DNA from: the human T2T-CHM13v2.0 reference genome, Homo sapiens
Assembly: GCF_009914755.1 (NCBI RefSeq)
Contig: NC_060929.1
DNA: 64,000 nt
Direction: 5' to 3' (one strand)
Shown here: in pieces, positions 47,731-64,000 of the stretch
Numbering within the stretch: position 1 is the first letter of the stretch
How the letters are laid out: the number at the start of each line of letters is the position of its first letter
Notes under the pieces: model-generated
The model's input: the letters and a program-made list of their open reading frames with translations, nothing else
Told to the model about the DNA's origin: nothing
The model's database searches: none
Program-made: the position numbers and the translations under genes

Positions 47731-50700
47731 AACAGAGCCCAGGCTAAAGGAAAAACTTCTGATTTTTTTTAAACCGAATATTATAGTTTGGAGGAAGGAA
47801 TGTAAACCCAAATTTTATCGCAAGTAACTATCTACTTGTTTGCATTTTTACAGGATTATAAGTGAACCAAAAATTCTCTGTAGATTTACCATGCTTTTCA
47901 AAAACATTTTAGTATATTAATGATCATTACGATTAGTGTATTGGATGGTGGGATGAAGAAGGTGACTGCCTGAATAAATAGTTGCAAATTATAGTGAGAT
48001 CTTGTGGCAGAAAAGATTACCAGATAAAGATACACATTATAATTATCTAAGGAAAGTTTTATCTCCTGGTAGTTTCTAAGAGCATCTAGATGTCTAGCTT
48101 TGTTTTCCTTCAAGCTAAGTATACGTTAAGAGACACCCACAACTTAATTCCTTTAAGTAGTTGCTCTAATCAGATGTGTTATTTTCTCAATTTTTACAGT
48201 AAATTTGAGGTAAATATAATTTAACTGGATGCTAAATGGACACTAATTTGCCAAGTGCTTCAAAATTATAGGGTATCCCACATAGATCTTTGGGAGGTAA
48301 GGATGCATATGTTGAGAGGATTTAGTTTATGTATTGGAGCCTAGAAATCCAACACGAACATAGGGGACTTGACCTAAGTAAGTACTGTTGGAGACACCCT
48401 GTGCAACTGTACAAGAATGGATCAGGAAGGGGGGAATAGGTAGAAACAGCAGAAGGTCAGAATTTAAGGTGGGGGGGGAGATATTTGAATCTTGCAGATT
48501 ATTTTGAAAAGCTTTCTTTTTTTTCAAAGGAAAATAAAAGCCTTTTAAAATATGCTTTTTATATATAAACCTTATAAATAACATAGCAATAGAAGGGCTA
48601 GTTATTCTGCAGTGATTGGCTAGTCTGAAAGTGGCTGGATTTTTGTTCTCTGTGTTTTATAAAGTACTTTGAGATGAATATTTCCCTAAAATCAGAAAAA
48701 AAGAGGCAGGACTATATATTCAATTCCCAAGTCTTTCTCTCTACTCTATTTGTCACAGACCATTTAAATAAAAAGGTTTTTGTGGTTATATACATTTAAG
48801 AGAAGTTCAGTGTTGTTGGGGGGGGGAAGTTTCACATGAGCAAAGCAGAATCTTTAAAAAGTTCCAGCAAACTGAATTTAATTTAGGCTTTTAATTTAGG
48901 CCTCCTATAATGTAGACAACAAGTGTTGTGGAGGTGAGAGTGGGAAAGGGTATCTTCAGACCCCACCTCGAGATCTTTCCATCAGAAGTGTATGCTTCTC
49001 AGAGATACTCTCTGGGGCTCTTTTTGTTGGGACACTGGTTTCTGAAGTGCTTTTCAGAAAATTAAACTACCCCACCCAGTGTTTTAACTAATTCACAGAT
49101 GTTGCAAGCACCTGCAGAATGCTGGAGTTAGCCCTGGGCAGGGCAGACCCTACCTAAATTTACTGAAACTGGCCGAAGGGCAGAGCTGGATCGGAAAGCA
49201 CAGTTCACGGCCTTAACATAGGAGAAGGGTCTGTCTATGAGAGTTGAGAGACATATTTTTAAAAGGAATCATTTGGAAAGACTTGCCTGGCCATTCATCA
49301 AGGAAAGCAAGTTTTACCTGATGAGGCCTTCCAGGCTTCTCTGTGTTAAAATTATTCGTGCTGGTAAGACTGGCCATTTCCCAAGTGGGAAGAAATGCTG
49401 TTTCTTCTGATAGGCAGAAACCTCTCTGATATGCACTATCCATCTGGAAGAAGCAGTTTAAGCAAGCATATGCCTGATGTTGCTTTCTTGCCAAAACCTG
49501 CAGTGCTCAAACGAGTATCCCCTTAACATTTCATAACATTATGAATACACCCTTTCAAAGTAAGCTAACATTGATTGTGACCCTTCATATGCAAAACATT
49601 GCATGCTCTAGACTCAGTGGAAAGATTCAGGAAAAGGATCTTTCGTTCCCTCCCTAGGGAACCTCTGATTTAAAGGAGAAGGACGAATAAGTGTGTAAAT
49701 AATTCTAATACAAAGAAGTTTTTGACAGGTGCTATAATAGAGGTGAAGAAACAAGATCTCACACATACATAAATCCACACGTGAAGTATGCACACACTCA
49801 CAAACACATGCACTAAGTGGGCTGTACATTTCTAAAGCAAGTCCTATTAATTCACATTATATATCCCCAGTACTTTCATTACAATTTAACTGAAGGAGAG
49901 TGTGACATATTCTTATAATGAATACCTGATTTATTTGGAGCATATTAAAGCATATTCAGGAGATTTATTTATTATTCAAGGACACCAGAGAAGTGTCATT
50001 TAAAACTCCAGAAAATTTTTATCACACATTATTGTGTTCCGTAAATTAAGATCCCACACAGTCTTTGTCAACACAGATGCAAAGTGAATGTAAGTGGGGT
50101 TAATGAATGTGAAACATTCAATGAGACATGAATAAACATGAAGTGGAACCTAATGAGGTCAGCTTGGTGGGAGCAAGGTGAATGGGGAGATATTTGGAGT
50201 TGTTTTTCAGATCCCTTGGAGTGTTCCAGGAGAGATTCTCTAAGACTGAGACATTCTCAAGAGCCTCAGCCTCACTAAGTACTCACTAAAGGCTTCTCAG
50301 TATCTCATATAGTGTATTATGTAGTGTATGTAGGGTAAGCCAATTTTACTTCTCCTCCGAAGTCTCCCAGTATACTGGGGAAATGGACCAAAGTGTACCA
50401 AAGGACAGACAAATAATGTAGGTGACAAAATCCCCAGGAGGCTAAAGGTAGGAGAGTTTTCCAAGAACAAGGAGGAGTTGGGGAGAGCAGCAGCTGGGAG
50501 AAGGTTTCTAGAAGGAGGTGGGATTTCAGTTGGGCCTTCACAACCAGGTAGGAATGAGACAGGCAGAAAGGAGGGGGCCAGCATTCCAAGCAGAGAAATA
50601 CTCAGGTATTTTTCTCCAGACACCCGCAACCAACCCACATTTTGCATGTAATTTCAGGGGATATTATCAACCCCTTCTAACCACAGACCAAGGTTAGGAC

Positions 50701-50804
50701 GCCCTGCTCTAACACTTATGAAACTGCAATAGAGCATGCTTTTTGAGCAAAATAGGATTCCTTTCTTGCTAATAGAGTAGGAAGTAACACACAATACCGA
50801 GTAG

Positions 50805-51480
<676 letters not shown>

Positions 51481-51529
51481 ATATCAGTCTCAAGAAACTA
51501 GTGTGACATGTGTTTCTTTAGGACCGTAC

Positions 51530-52035
51530 TGTCTCATGCGTCCACGTGAAGAGACCACCAAACAGGCTTTGTGTGAGCAACAAGTCTGTTTATTGCACCT
51601 GGGTGCAGGCAGGCTGAGTCCAAAAAGACAGTCAGCAAGGGTGGTGGGATTATCATTAGTACTTATAGGTTTTGGGATAAGCGGTGGAGTTAGGAGCAAT
51701 GTTTTGCAGGCTGGGGGTGGATCTCACAAAGTGCGTTCTCAAGGGTGGGGAGAATTACAGAGAACCTTCTTAAGGGTGGGGGAGATTATAAAGAACCTTA
51801 CAGAGAACCTTCTTAAGGGTGGGGGAGATTATAAAGAACCTTCTTAAGGGTGGCAGAGATTACAAAGTACATTGATCAGTGAGGGTGGGGCAGAGACAAA
51901 TCACAATGGTGGAATGTCATCAGTTAAGGCTATTTTCACTTCTTTTGTGGATCTTCAGTTGCTTCAGGCCATGTGGATGTAAACGTGCAGGTCACAGGGG
52001 ATATGATGGCTTAGCTTGGGCTCAGAGGCCTGACA
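51530..52035 (-). mobile_element. HERV-H solo LTR (LTR7, LTR7B/type II-like)
   Basis: Minus strand starts TGTCAGGCCTCTGAGCCCAAGCTAAGCCATCATATCCCCTGTGACC; 5-bp TSD cgtac/catac. Confidence 0.93.
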
Positions 52036-52399
52036 CATACCACATAATATTATGTAATACTACAGTTAGCAGATTCAGTGTTCATGGGACTGCATCTCCA
52101 CAAAAGGACAGCCTCCATTTCCTTACAACAGAACTCTCCTTTGAGAATTCAGTATGTCACTTATCAGCACCTTGAAGATCTGGGTCACAGACCAATTGCC
52201 ACCATGATGATTCATCGCCTAGAAAATGGCTACTAATAGGAAGACACTCAGTGTAGTGACAAGCAATGCAATGTGGTAAGAACAAAACCATTCTCCTCCT
52301 TCACCCCTCCCCAATCTTAGGATTCTATTAATATGAGGAACAGATAATCTCACACTCATCAAGTAAGTCAGAATCAACATGGAAAGTCTGGAGTATGCA

Positions 52400-52550
52400 C
52401 AAGACTAGCTACTTAATTTGTGGGTCCAGTGAAGAATAAAAATACAGAGACCCTTGTTCAAAAATGATTAAGAATTTCAAGAGAGCAAGAGCAGAGCATT
52501 AAACCAAGCACAGGGCCCTTCTAAATGCAGGGTCCTATGTGATTGCCTTG
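52400..52550. mobile_element. MER45-like hAT element
   Basis: cccttgttcaaaaatgattaagaatttcaag...gcagagcattaaaccaagc. Confidence 0.7.
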
Positions 52551-52921
52551 GTTTTCTCTGTAAAATCAGATAATGGAACTAGCCAATCTCTAAGCAATTT
52601 TCTAATTTCAACATTCTGCCATTCTCACTATAGCTTAATTTATAGTGTAGTTCTCTACAGTCATTATATTGAAAGATAATTTTTCCTAAAGCCATTTTTC
52701 CTATCCACTGTCTACTGATATTTCTATCATGGCTACCACCATTCTCATACTTTCTTAGAGCCATCTTGGTTTATTTCTTTTCCTCAACTTCTTTGTTCAA
52801 TAAGCCACTAAGTTTTACACCATATAATATTTTATGTTTATTTATTCCTTGCCAATCCCATAGCCAAGTCCATATGTCAGGTCTTAGGTTGTTTCAACCA
52901 CTTTTTGGCTAACCTTACCAT

Positions 52922-53445
52922 CTACATTAGTTTATCTAATGCTGTGTAACAAATCATTCCAAAATTTATTATTGCAATTTCTGTGTGCAGAAATTTGGGA
53001 ATCTGTTAACTGAGGAGTTCTGGCTCAGGATCTCTCTCATAATGTCGAGTCATGATATCTCCAGTGATGCAGTCATCTGAAGGCTCACCAGACCAGAGGA
53101 TGTGCTTCCAGGGTGGCTCGTTCACACGAGCTGGTCAGTTGTGACTGGTTGTCAATGAGATGTCTCATTTTACTCCCTACATAGGCCTGTCCACTGGGCA
53201 GCTTGAGTGTCCACCCAACATGGGCCTGGCTCTCCCCAAAGTGAGGGATCCAAGAGAAACAGCAGACAGAAGCCACTCTTTTGACACAGAAGGCACGGGT
53301 CATCTCTTCTGCCATACCTTATTTGTTAGAAGTGAGTCACTTAATCAGGCTGCACGTTCAAGGGAGGAAAATCAGACTCCACCTTTTGAAGCTTCCTTCC
53401 AAAAAGTTTTTAAATATTTTTTGACATATTTAAAAATCATTACAT
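52922..53445 (-). mobile_element. Old MLT1 MaLR LTR
   Basis: gctgtgtaacaaatcattccaaa...gcagcttgagtgtcc...tttaaaaatcattaca. Confidence 0.75.
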
Positions 53446-55483
53446 CATCTTATATGTTCCTTCCAAATTCAGCTTCCTAAACAAGGCTTAAGTTGATTCA
53501 GCTCCCTGATCAGAACATGTAAGTGAATTAAAGTGGAAAAAAACAAGTAGAAAAAACTCTTCTTGTTCTAGTGAATACATCTGCTGCGCACCCTGCTTCA
53601 GCCAGGTCTGTCCACTCACCAACCCAAAAGACACCTGGATCTTTCTCAGGTGTGGACATCAGGTCTTTTTCTTCACTGTTTCTCCCAGTTCAAATGCTCT
53701 CTCCCTTATCATCTTCTAGGTTCAGAGCAAAACCCATTCAGTCATCATTTTAAGTTTTCTGTAAGTCTTCTGCAATACAATAACACACAGTATTTCTCTC
53801 TTTACTTTCACTTTTTAGCCATTCAGTGGGCCTCTACCTGCCAGCACCCAGGGAATGTGCTGAGGAGTGGGGATATAAAGGCAACTTGTTTTAAAGTTTG
53901 CATGTACCTATCTAACGTTCACAGGGTCTCCTTTGAACTTTCCTTTTGGAAGTTTCTTGAGGGGTCTTCTTCATTGTGCATAGCTCAGTGCCAAGCAAAT
54001 GCTGGGTATTCGATAAACATTCCATGAATAAATAAGTAAATGAAGATGATAAAAATCAACAGGTAAGCCTAATTCTTTCTACTGAGAAGTGGCCATTTTG
54101 CTCTTTTTCTCCTTAAAAATGGTAGCTATTTTGAAGCATTTGAGAAAATTAAACCTATTTTGTCTTAGGCTGGGGTTATAATATTTGAACACTAACCTGA
54201 TTACAATAGGAACAAAGGTAATAGCTTCAAATTGATTCTGCTACTTCCTTCAGCTCAACCTCAAATCTGGTTATTGTATTGTCATCCTAACATCTATTTT
54301 TGATATTTAAACTATCTCTTTATAAATTCTGAATTGTCATACAATGTAACCAATATTACAAGGAAAAGTCCCCTCTCTGAAAGCTTTATGAATCCCTCCC
54401 TAACACCCTACCTGAACAGTCCTGCGATTGGCTGCCAAGCACTTCTTATTTTGATTTTCTATAGATACTTAATGAGACTAAGGAGCAAATCTTTGTAGTA
54501 AAACATTTCAAATGGCCCAGCTCTGCCTCCATAAATGTGCACCAAAACCTTAGAAACCAGTCATGAGTCTGGCTCCAGGAAAACATTTGGTGACAGGTGT
54601 GTAAATTACTCCTTCTAAGAGAAAGAATAGGGGGTTGAACAGTAACTGCCTGATTCAGAGCTTATGAAATTCAAGGGATTTTCTGTTGGGGAGACTTGAA
54701 TTTTGTTTTTTAAAATCTATACCTGAGATGAACATCAATAAATAGGGGAAGGTGACATTATTTGATAAAAGAAAAAAAAATAAAGCTAGAATCAGATCTG
54801 GATCCTCCAGTCTACTACATGGGGAATCTTGTTTGACACTAGAACATCAGGCTGTGTTGACTTCCCATGCCTGTTTATTGCTGGAAGAGAGAAATTGAGA
54901 ATTGAGAGATCAGAATCATCAATATTTCTGAAATTAAGGCTTCTTCACTACAGCCAAAACAACCACTGTGTCTTCTGATTCTCTCACAGGGACTGTTACA
55001 TGGTGATCTTGTCCACACTCACCTTCATCTTGTTAAAAAAATCAACTATTCAACTAAGAAATGACTTGATACTCTTTTAATGCTCTGCCTCTACAAAAGC
55101 CTTGTGGAGTTGAGTTGTTTGGTTTTCAAATGCATCCTTTCAACTTCCAGTGGGGTCTAGAATAAGCTTCTTAGTTCTTAATGAGCAAAACCCTGGAAAA
55201 TTTGTAAAGTTGGGTTTTATGCATCTTTAAAAAATTCCAGGATAAATTCTTATTAAATGGGGCAAGTTACAATATGGTCTTTTCTACAGGCAGAGGGAAG
55301 CACTAGAAACTTCTTTCAGAATGTGGCTTGATCATTCAATATACCCAGGTAACAATTCAGGCACATGTACCACCTGAATCTAAAATAAAAGGTGAAAAAC
55401 AAAAGAAAAGCTCAAGTGCTATGTAAACACTTTAAATGCAATGTATATATATATAAATTTGTTTATATATATATAAGTTTTAC

Positions 55484-55765
55484 AAAGAAAATGTCAAAAA
55501 CTGCAATGATATGTATAGAAGACAAGAAAGATTACATTTTAGAGGATGAAGTGGGAAAAATGTGAGGTCTTCCATGAGAAAGGATAAGAGAAAAGAGCTA
55601 AATTTTGATAAATAGTTGAAAAAAGAAAATGCTGAAAACTACAATAATGTGTATAGAAGAAAAGAAAGATTATTTTTTTGAGGATGAAGTGGGAAAAAAT
55701 GTGAGGTCTTCTATGAGAAAGGATATGAGAGAAGAGCAAGAATTTTCATAAATAGCTGAAAAAAA
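55484..55765 (+). repeat. ~138-bp tandem duplication (2 diverged copies)
   Basis: aaagaaaatg at 55484 and 55622; gaggatgaagtgggaaaaa(a)tgtgaggtctt in both copies. Confidence 0.9.
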
Positions 55766-56266
55766 TCTAACAACATTACATGGAGCAGTAAACTGCTAAT
55801 GCAGTTCTTTAGATATGTACGTAAGAAGTAAGCACAACTCCTGCCCTCAAGAGGCTTCATGCTACCTGGGGACACTAAACAAAGACAGGTTCAAAAATAC
55901 ATGAGGATGTTTCTGGAACAATATGGGATCAATAGCAAATTCACATTACAAATACAAACAAGCACGGAGAACATGCAGCAAAAGGTAGAGAAACAGTTCT
56001 ATAATTCACCTCCTGCAAATCAGGTAGTTAAAGTAGAAGGAGATCCTGGAGCAAAGGCATAAAGGCCTTTCAGGACCCAGAAGTATATTTTATTCTCCTC
56101 TGAGAATGGTCTTAACAGACCCAGCTGCCCTAATTCATTGGTTCTCCTGTTAGAAGCATTCTTAAATATCCCTCCCTATCCAGTTACCTCTGCTTCCATT
56201 TCCCTGCTTGCCATTACTTGGTTTTGACTCTGATTTTACTTTTTTCTAGAATCTCAGTTTGGTAAA

Positions 56267-56597
56267 TGTTGTGGACTAAATGTTATGTCCCCCAAAATTT
56301 ATATTTGAAGCCCTAATCCCTGGTGTGATGATCTTTGGCTATGGAGCTTTGGTGGAAGTACTTAAGAGTTAGGTGAGGTCATGAAAATGTAGCCCTCAAG
56401 ATGGGATAAGTGCCTTTATAAGAAAAGACACCAGAGAGCTCTCTGCTCCCCACCCCTGTGTCATGTGAGGCCCAGTGAGAAGGTGGTCATCTGCAGGCCT
56501 AGGAGAAGACCCTCATCAGAAACCAATCTTGTTGGACCTTGATCTCAGACTTTCAGCTTCCTAAACTGTGGAAAATCAATTTCTGTTGTTTAAACTT
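56267..56597 (+). mobile_element. MLT1A/MSTD-type LTR lacking U5
   Basis: tgttgtggactaaatgttatgtcccccaaaattt... ends tttctgttgtttaaactt, then an A-tail. Confidence 0.85.
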
Positions 56598-58023
56598 AAA
56601 AAAGAAAAAAAATGTGGCTTGATGAAGACCTCATAAAAAGTAGCCAGTTTTACTGCATTTATAAGAATATGTCATAATCCTTATAGGTTTTCTCTTTCTC
56701 CGAAAACAGACTGCCAACCTCCAGTTGTGACCTATCTGGGTTATCTAAAGAGAGGCTTCTATGACCAGATACCTAAGCTTTGGTAATATGATAAGCACAC
56801 TTGCAGGTGTTATATAACCAATCCTATAGCCTTGGGCATCAGGCCTTCCTGGGCCACTCCTCTATCCACAGTTGGAGAAACAGGAGCTGGGCCTCTTGCT
56901 TCCTCTGCCGGGCTAGGCAGCTTTGACTTCTGACCTCAGGCTACAACCATGGCTTCCACCTCCTTGCAGAGATATTTGACCAGAGAGGCAATATTCACTG
57001 AGGACATAAAACAAAGGTTCTCAAACCTTTTCTGAGGGAGACCCACCTGATGGATGACAGGAAAGTTACCTGCAGGTTAACCTCTCATGGGATTTGTGGT
57101 TTTTTAAAGAAAGGTTTTAATTGGCAGTAGAATAGATAAAAGCTTGTAGAAAATTTGAGGTATAGTGTGGCTATTACTTCACTCTGACCCTCCCACTGAT
57201 CTGGGTCATAGTCACCTTCTTGAGAATCCTTACTAAGCAATACCTCATTATTTATGACAGGCGTTACATTTGCCCCAGAGACATAGGGTGATGCAGTGAG
57301 CTGGGCTTCTGTGAATTTTCTAGCTCTAAAAATTATTAGATAATTATTAGTCTAATAATCTTGAGGGGAATAATAAGAAAATATTACAACATAGGCCCAC
57401 TGGGACCAATACATCTTGGGGGTCTACTCCCGTCTCTGTCACCGGTTAATGGCGTGACATTGAGTCTAAATCAATCAATTTCTTATTTTTCTCCTTTATA
57501 AAATTGAGAAATTGGACAAGATGATCTTAAAAGTTCCTTCTCTACAATCTTTTGAATTTATACATTTGCACAAAGATTTAAAAAAAAACTTTTACAGCTT
57601 TTGATTTTCATGACTATGACAAATTTTTCAATGAAGAAAATTTCCAATATCAAATTTTAGTTTACTTAATTTTACCATAAATCATCCTATTACTTTTTAG
57701 AAAGGCTATGAAGAAAATAAAATGAACCTCAAGAGATTCACTTCCCCTTCAGAATGTTCAGTGATTAATTAAGAGAATATACAAAAAGTGCTTAGTGCAG
57801 TCTCATGCATTTGGTAAATTCTCAGTAAGTGGAAACAATTCTTATTGTTGGTATCATGATCATTTCTTCATTCAATAAATGTTAGTGCATATATCAGCTA
57901 ATTGGGATAGAGAAAATGTTGAACAAGACAGGCAAGTTTATTATCTTCACTATTATTATTTACTGAGCCATGGGGATTCCCCAAGCTGACCCAGGCAGTT
58001 TGAAAACCTGATGAGCAAATATT

Positions 58024-58468
58024 TGTTGAAGCCAAATAAAATAAAGAGACAAATCCCTAACTTTAAAACGTTTTATTTGGGAAGCAAGAATTGCAACTCA
58101 GGGCATACACATGCACTGGATGGCCTTCAGTATGTCTGAAGAACAAAGAGAAGGTTGGAAGTTTTATAAAAAAAGACAAAAGTTTGAAAGACAGTTCATT
58201 GGCACTAGTAAGGATTTGGGGAGCTGGCAACCTCTGATTGGTGGATGACACAGTGGGTAAAGCTAGTCTTAGAGTTGCAGCAGTTTCGTTCAGTAGTTAT
58301 TAGGTAAAGCTGGTTTCAGGTTACAGCAGGCAGTTTCAGCAACTGAGCTTGTGTAAAATTTATTTCTTGGAGCAATATTATGAGCCCTGAGTGCTTTTCT
58401 CCCCATCTTCTAGATTTTTTCAGTTGAATATGACAAGAATGACTCAATTTGCATGACCAACTTTCACA
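58024..58468 (-). mobile_element. ERV1 (MER4-group, MER93-like) solo LTR
   Basis: Minus strand TGTGAAAGTTGGTCATGCAAATTGAGTCATTCTTGTCATA...AATAAA...TTCAACA; family name tentative. Confidence 0.7.
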
Positions 58469-58771
58469 GGTTCATGACCTGAAGTGCCTGCTTCCCTTTG
58501 GATGGAGTGGTATGGGATGCTGCATCAAGGGAAAGAACACTCCTTTGCTTTGATTTGCCAAAAAGTCACCGGGACAGTTTCCCAGGTTTCTTGCTCGGAT
58601 CACCCAACAAAGGGCATCAGAAGCTTAGGTTAATGTCTTTAGTCTTCTCCTCTCCCTTTCAGAGTACAGTGGCACTAGACTTGGTTAAGGCTATGTGACT
58701 ACCCTCCCATCAAATTATTTACTCATGTTTTTTACGCTCATTAGGAGGCAAGAAATAAAGTGTAAAAAGTA

Positions 58772-59096
58772 CAGGAATCCCCCTTTTACCCAAGGGCAAC
58801 TGTGGTCTGAAAATATTAAATTGAAAATTTCAGAAATAAACAATTTAATTAAATAAGTTATAAATTGCATGTCGTTCTGAATAGTGTGATGAAATCGTGC
58901 GCCATCCCACTCCAACCCAACTGGGATGTGAATCCTCCCTTTGCCCTCGGGCTTTGCCAAGTAGATGCTACTTGCCTCTTAGTGACTTACTGGTCTGATT
59001 GAGAAAACATAGTATATGTGGGGTCAGTACTATCCACGTTTGTGGACATCCACTGGGGGGTCTTGGAACATATCCTCCAAGGATATTGGGAGGTGT
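58772..59096. mobile_element. MER44-like Tigger MITE
   Basis: gaaaatattaaattgaaaatttcagaaataaacaat...catccactggggggtcttggaacatatcc. Confidence 0.75.
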
Positions 59097-60520
59097 GATG
59101 GAAGAAAAGCACTGGAGAGATGTAGAGACAAGGTCCTTGAACTTGGGCAAACTTGTTTGCATGCCCACTTTGCTACTCGTTTTGCCATTGAGCATTCACT
59201 TATGGAACTTACAGTTTTCCATAAGCTGTGGTGGACATGAAAATGCATCAAGGACTGTAAAAAAAATTGTAACTAATACAATATAATGTAATATAATACC
59301 TTCTGTCAAACATTTATTTGGACATCTGTTGAATTCCTACTATAAGCCATTTTCTGTGCTAGGTGCTGGCAATACAAAGATTAAAGACATAGGTCTAACT
59401 GTTTATCATAAAATATTAAAAACAGTACAGATAAAATGCCTTGGAATCTTAGGAAACACAAAGAGTGTAAAGAATCAAAGAAAGTTTTTTTTTTTTGAAG
59501 CAAACTTCATGCTGATGGCAGAAATAAAATTATAAAGAGGTGAATGCAAAAAGTGTGCCCAAGGCCATGGATATTAAAAATAAAAGCAAGGGTCATCGTT
59601 TTTATAAAAAATAATCTTCGTTATATATGCTTCGCAGTAGAAGACAGAATTATTTAAAAAAATCATTAACTGTAAAGTAGCTATAGGTAATATTTACTGG
59701 AAGTGCCCAAAACTAAGTAAACAAAGGTCATAAGTCGACATGAAAAGGAAACATAGGTACTTGTAAATTTTAACAAATCTCTGTGAAATGAGACAAATAT
59801 TAAAATAAATTTTTATTATGGTAACAAACAGGGGCTTAGTCATGGGAGACATGGAATCATCTACGATGAAGACAAACACACATCCTTCTTACAATTGTTA
59901 GCAATTTAACCAATTAAAACTTCGGTAAAGTTCTTGGATACAGTACCTAAAGCACTCCTGTGGGTAGAGGTTCTTGAAACTCTTTCCTAAGCTCTCCATC
60001 ACACTCTGTCCTGCACAGAAGAGCCAGTTTCACTGGATCCTTCCATAAGACCTATTACTAGAACAATATTCAATTCTCACACTGTATGGAGATGGAAAAT
60101 TCCATTTAGAGAGGATGATTGCTTTGCAGCACAAATCTTGTAGTTTTGTGTTTGATGGTCCAAGAATTGATGACAACAGTTCAATGTGCTTGGTCTTGCC
60201 TAGTAGCTGGCACATTGTGCTTCTGTAAATCTCTTCGTATCCAAATAGGAACTGTGAAAGATTCAGCAGACTTCATGGTTCTTAGCCTCTCACTTTCCTG
60301 ACAAGGAATTTGTTGGCATTAGCAATGGGAAACGCTAATTACACCTTTATCCAATTCTCAAGCCAGAATGAAATCACTATTTTTGGTTGCAGCATTATTA
60401 AGTACTTTATTACATCTTGCACTAGAGAAATAATACTTAAACTGCTGATTTTGTCCTATATTTACAACCCAAGAATCTCTGCCTTTTGCCTTTCTTAAGA
60501 GTAGGTTATGTGTGTATGTA

Positions 60521-63482
<2,962 letters not shown>

Positions 63483-63561
63483 TGTGTGTGTGTGTGTGTG
63501 TGTGTGTACATATATATACATATATTTTTTTGCATGTATATATATATATATGTACATATAT
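63483..63561 (+). repeat. (TG)n/(TA)n microsatellite
   Basis: Directly visible at the L1 boundary. Confidence 0.9.
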
Positions 63562-64000
63562 TTTAGAAACATGCTCATGAGCTTTATTGGTTTTAGTCTC
63601 TGTTCTCTCTTTATTTATCTGAATAATAAGTGGTTTGTGTAACCAAAGGGATCAGGAATAACCTGGATTGAGGAAAATTCAATGGGAAAATTGATGTCTG
63701 TGTCCCTGAAATTGCACATTGACTTTAAAGAATAAATAGAACAATATTTCATCCAAATTGGCTTTGGTCTGCTAAGCTTAATGTAGTTGGAACTTAAAAG
63801 CACACAGAAGATAGCAATTCTACCATTTACCTAGGATATTTTGGTCATTAAAATATCTGTGGGTTCATATTTGGAAGAATCTTAATTGACCCTCAAAGGC
63901 ATATTGGCTATGGTCATTGAAATGCATTTAAAATGGAAAGTAAGAAAAATCATACTTTTGTCAAAATCCAATCATTTTAGAAAATCAGGCTTAAATATAG

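Larger units (their letters stand above)
55333..56610 (+). mobile_element. L1 3' transduction: L1 3' tip + ~0.85 kb flank + MLT1A LTR cut at its poly(A) site + A-tail
   Basis: 13-bp exact TSD aatgtggcttgat at 55320-55332 and 56611-56623. Confidence 0.8.

Noticed and set aside
51735-51866. CRISPR-like array
   Set aside because: Eukaryotic LTR tandem repeats without unique spacers

Overview
Primate (human-like) genomic DNA, repeat-rich. I find no supportable protein-coding exon: the long ORFs are L1 ORF1/ORF2 remnants, MaLR-internal remnants, Alu read-throughs or GC-rich artefacts. The one clear genic landmark is a CpG island (~12.5-13.6 kb) holding a probable non-coding first exon on the minus strand (donor CAG|GTAACT at 12512/12511), so 1-12.5 kb is probably intron 1 and 13.6-64 kb upstream DNA. 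The rest is a layered record of Alu, L1, L2, MIR, DNA-transposon and LTR insertions. The most notable observation is four separate insertions that each end ~20 nt after an LTR poly(A) signal, carry an A-tail and are flanked by 13-17 bp L1-type target-site duplications (TSDs), i.e. L1-retroposed, LTR-terminated RNAs. They are a processed ERV1 env-PPT-U3-R copy (16.5-17.2 kb), a MaLR stub (21.5 kb), an LTR8/MER4-like stub (37.2 kb) and a 1.3-kb L1 3' transduction (55.3-56.6 kb). Also present: an MLT2A LTR inside an Alu, a full-length THE1 element, a full-length L1PA4/5-like element, a solo LTR7, a young L1PA2/L1HS-like stub and a twin-primed inverted L1. Repeat family names come from recalled consensus sequences, not a search, and boundaries of old repeats are approximate.
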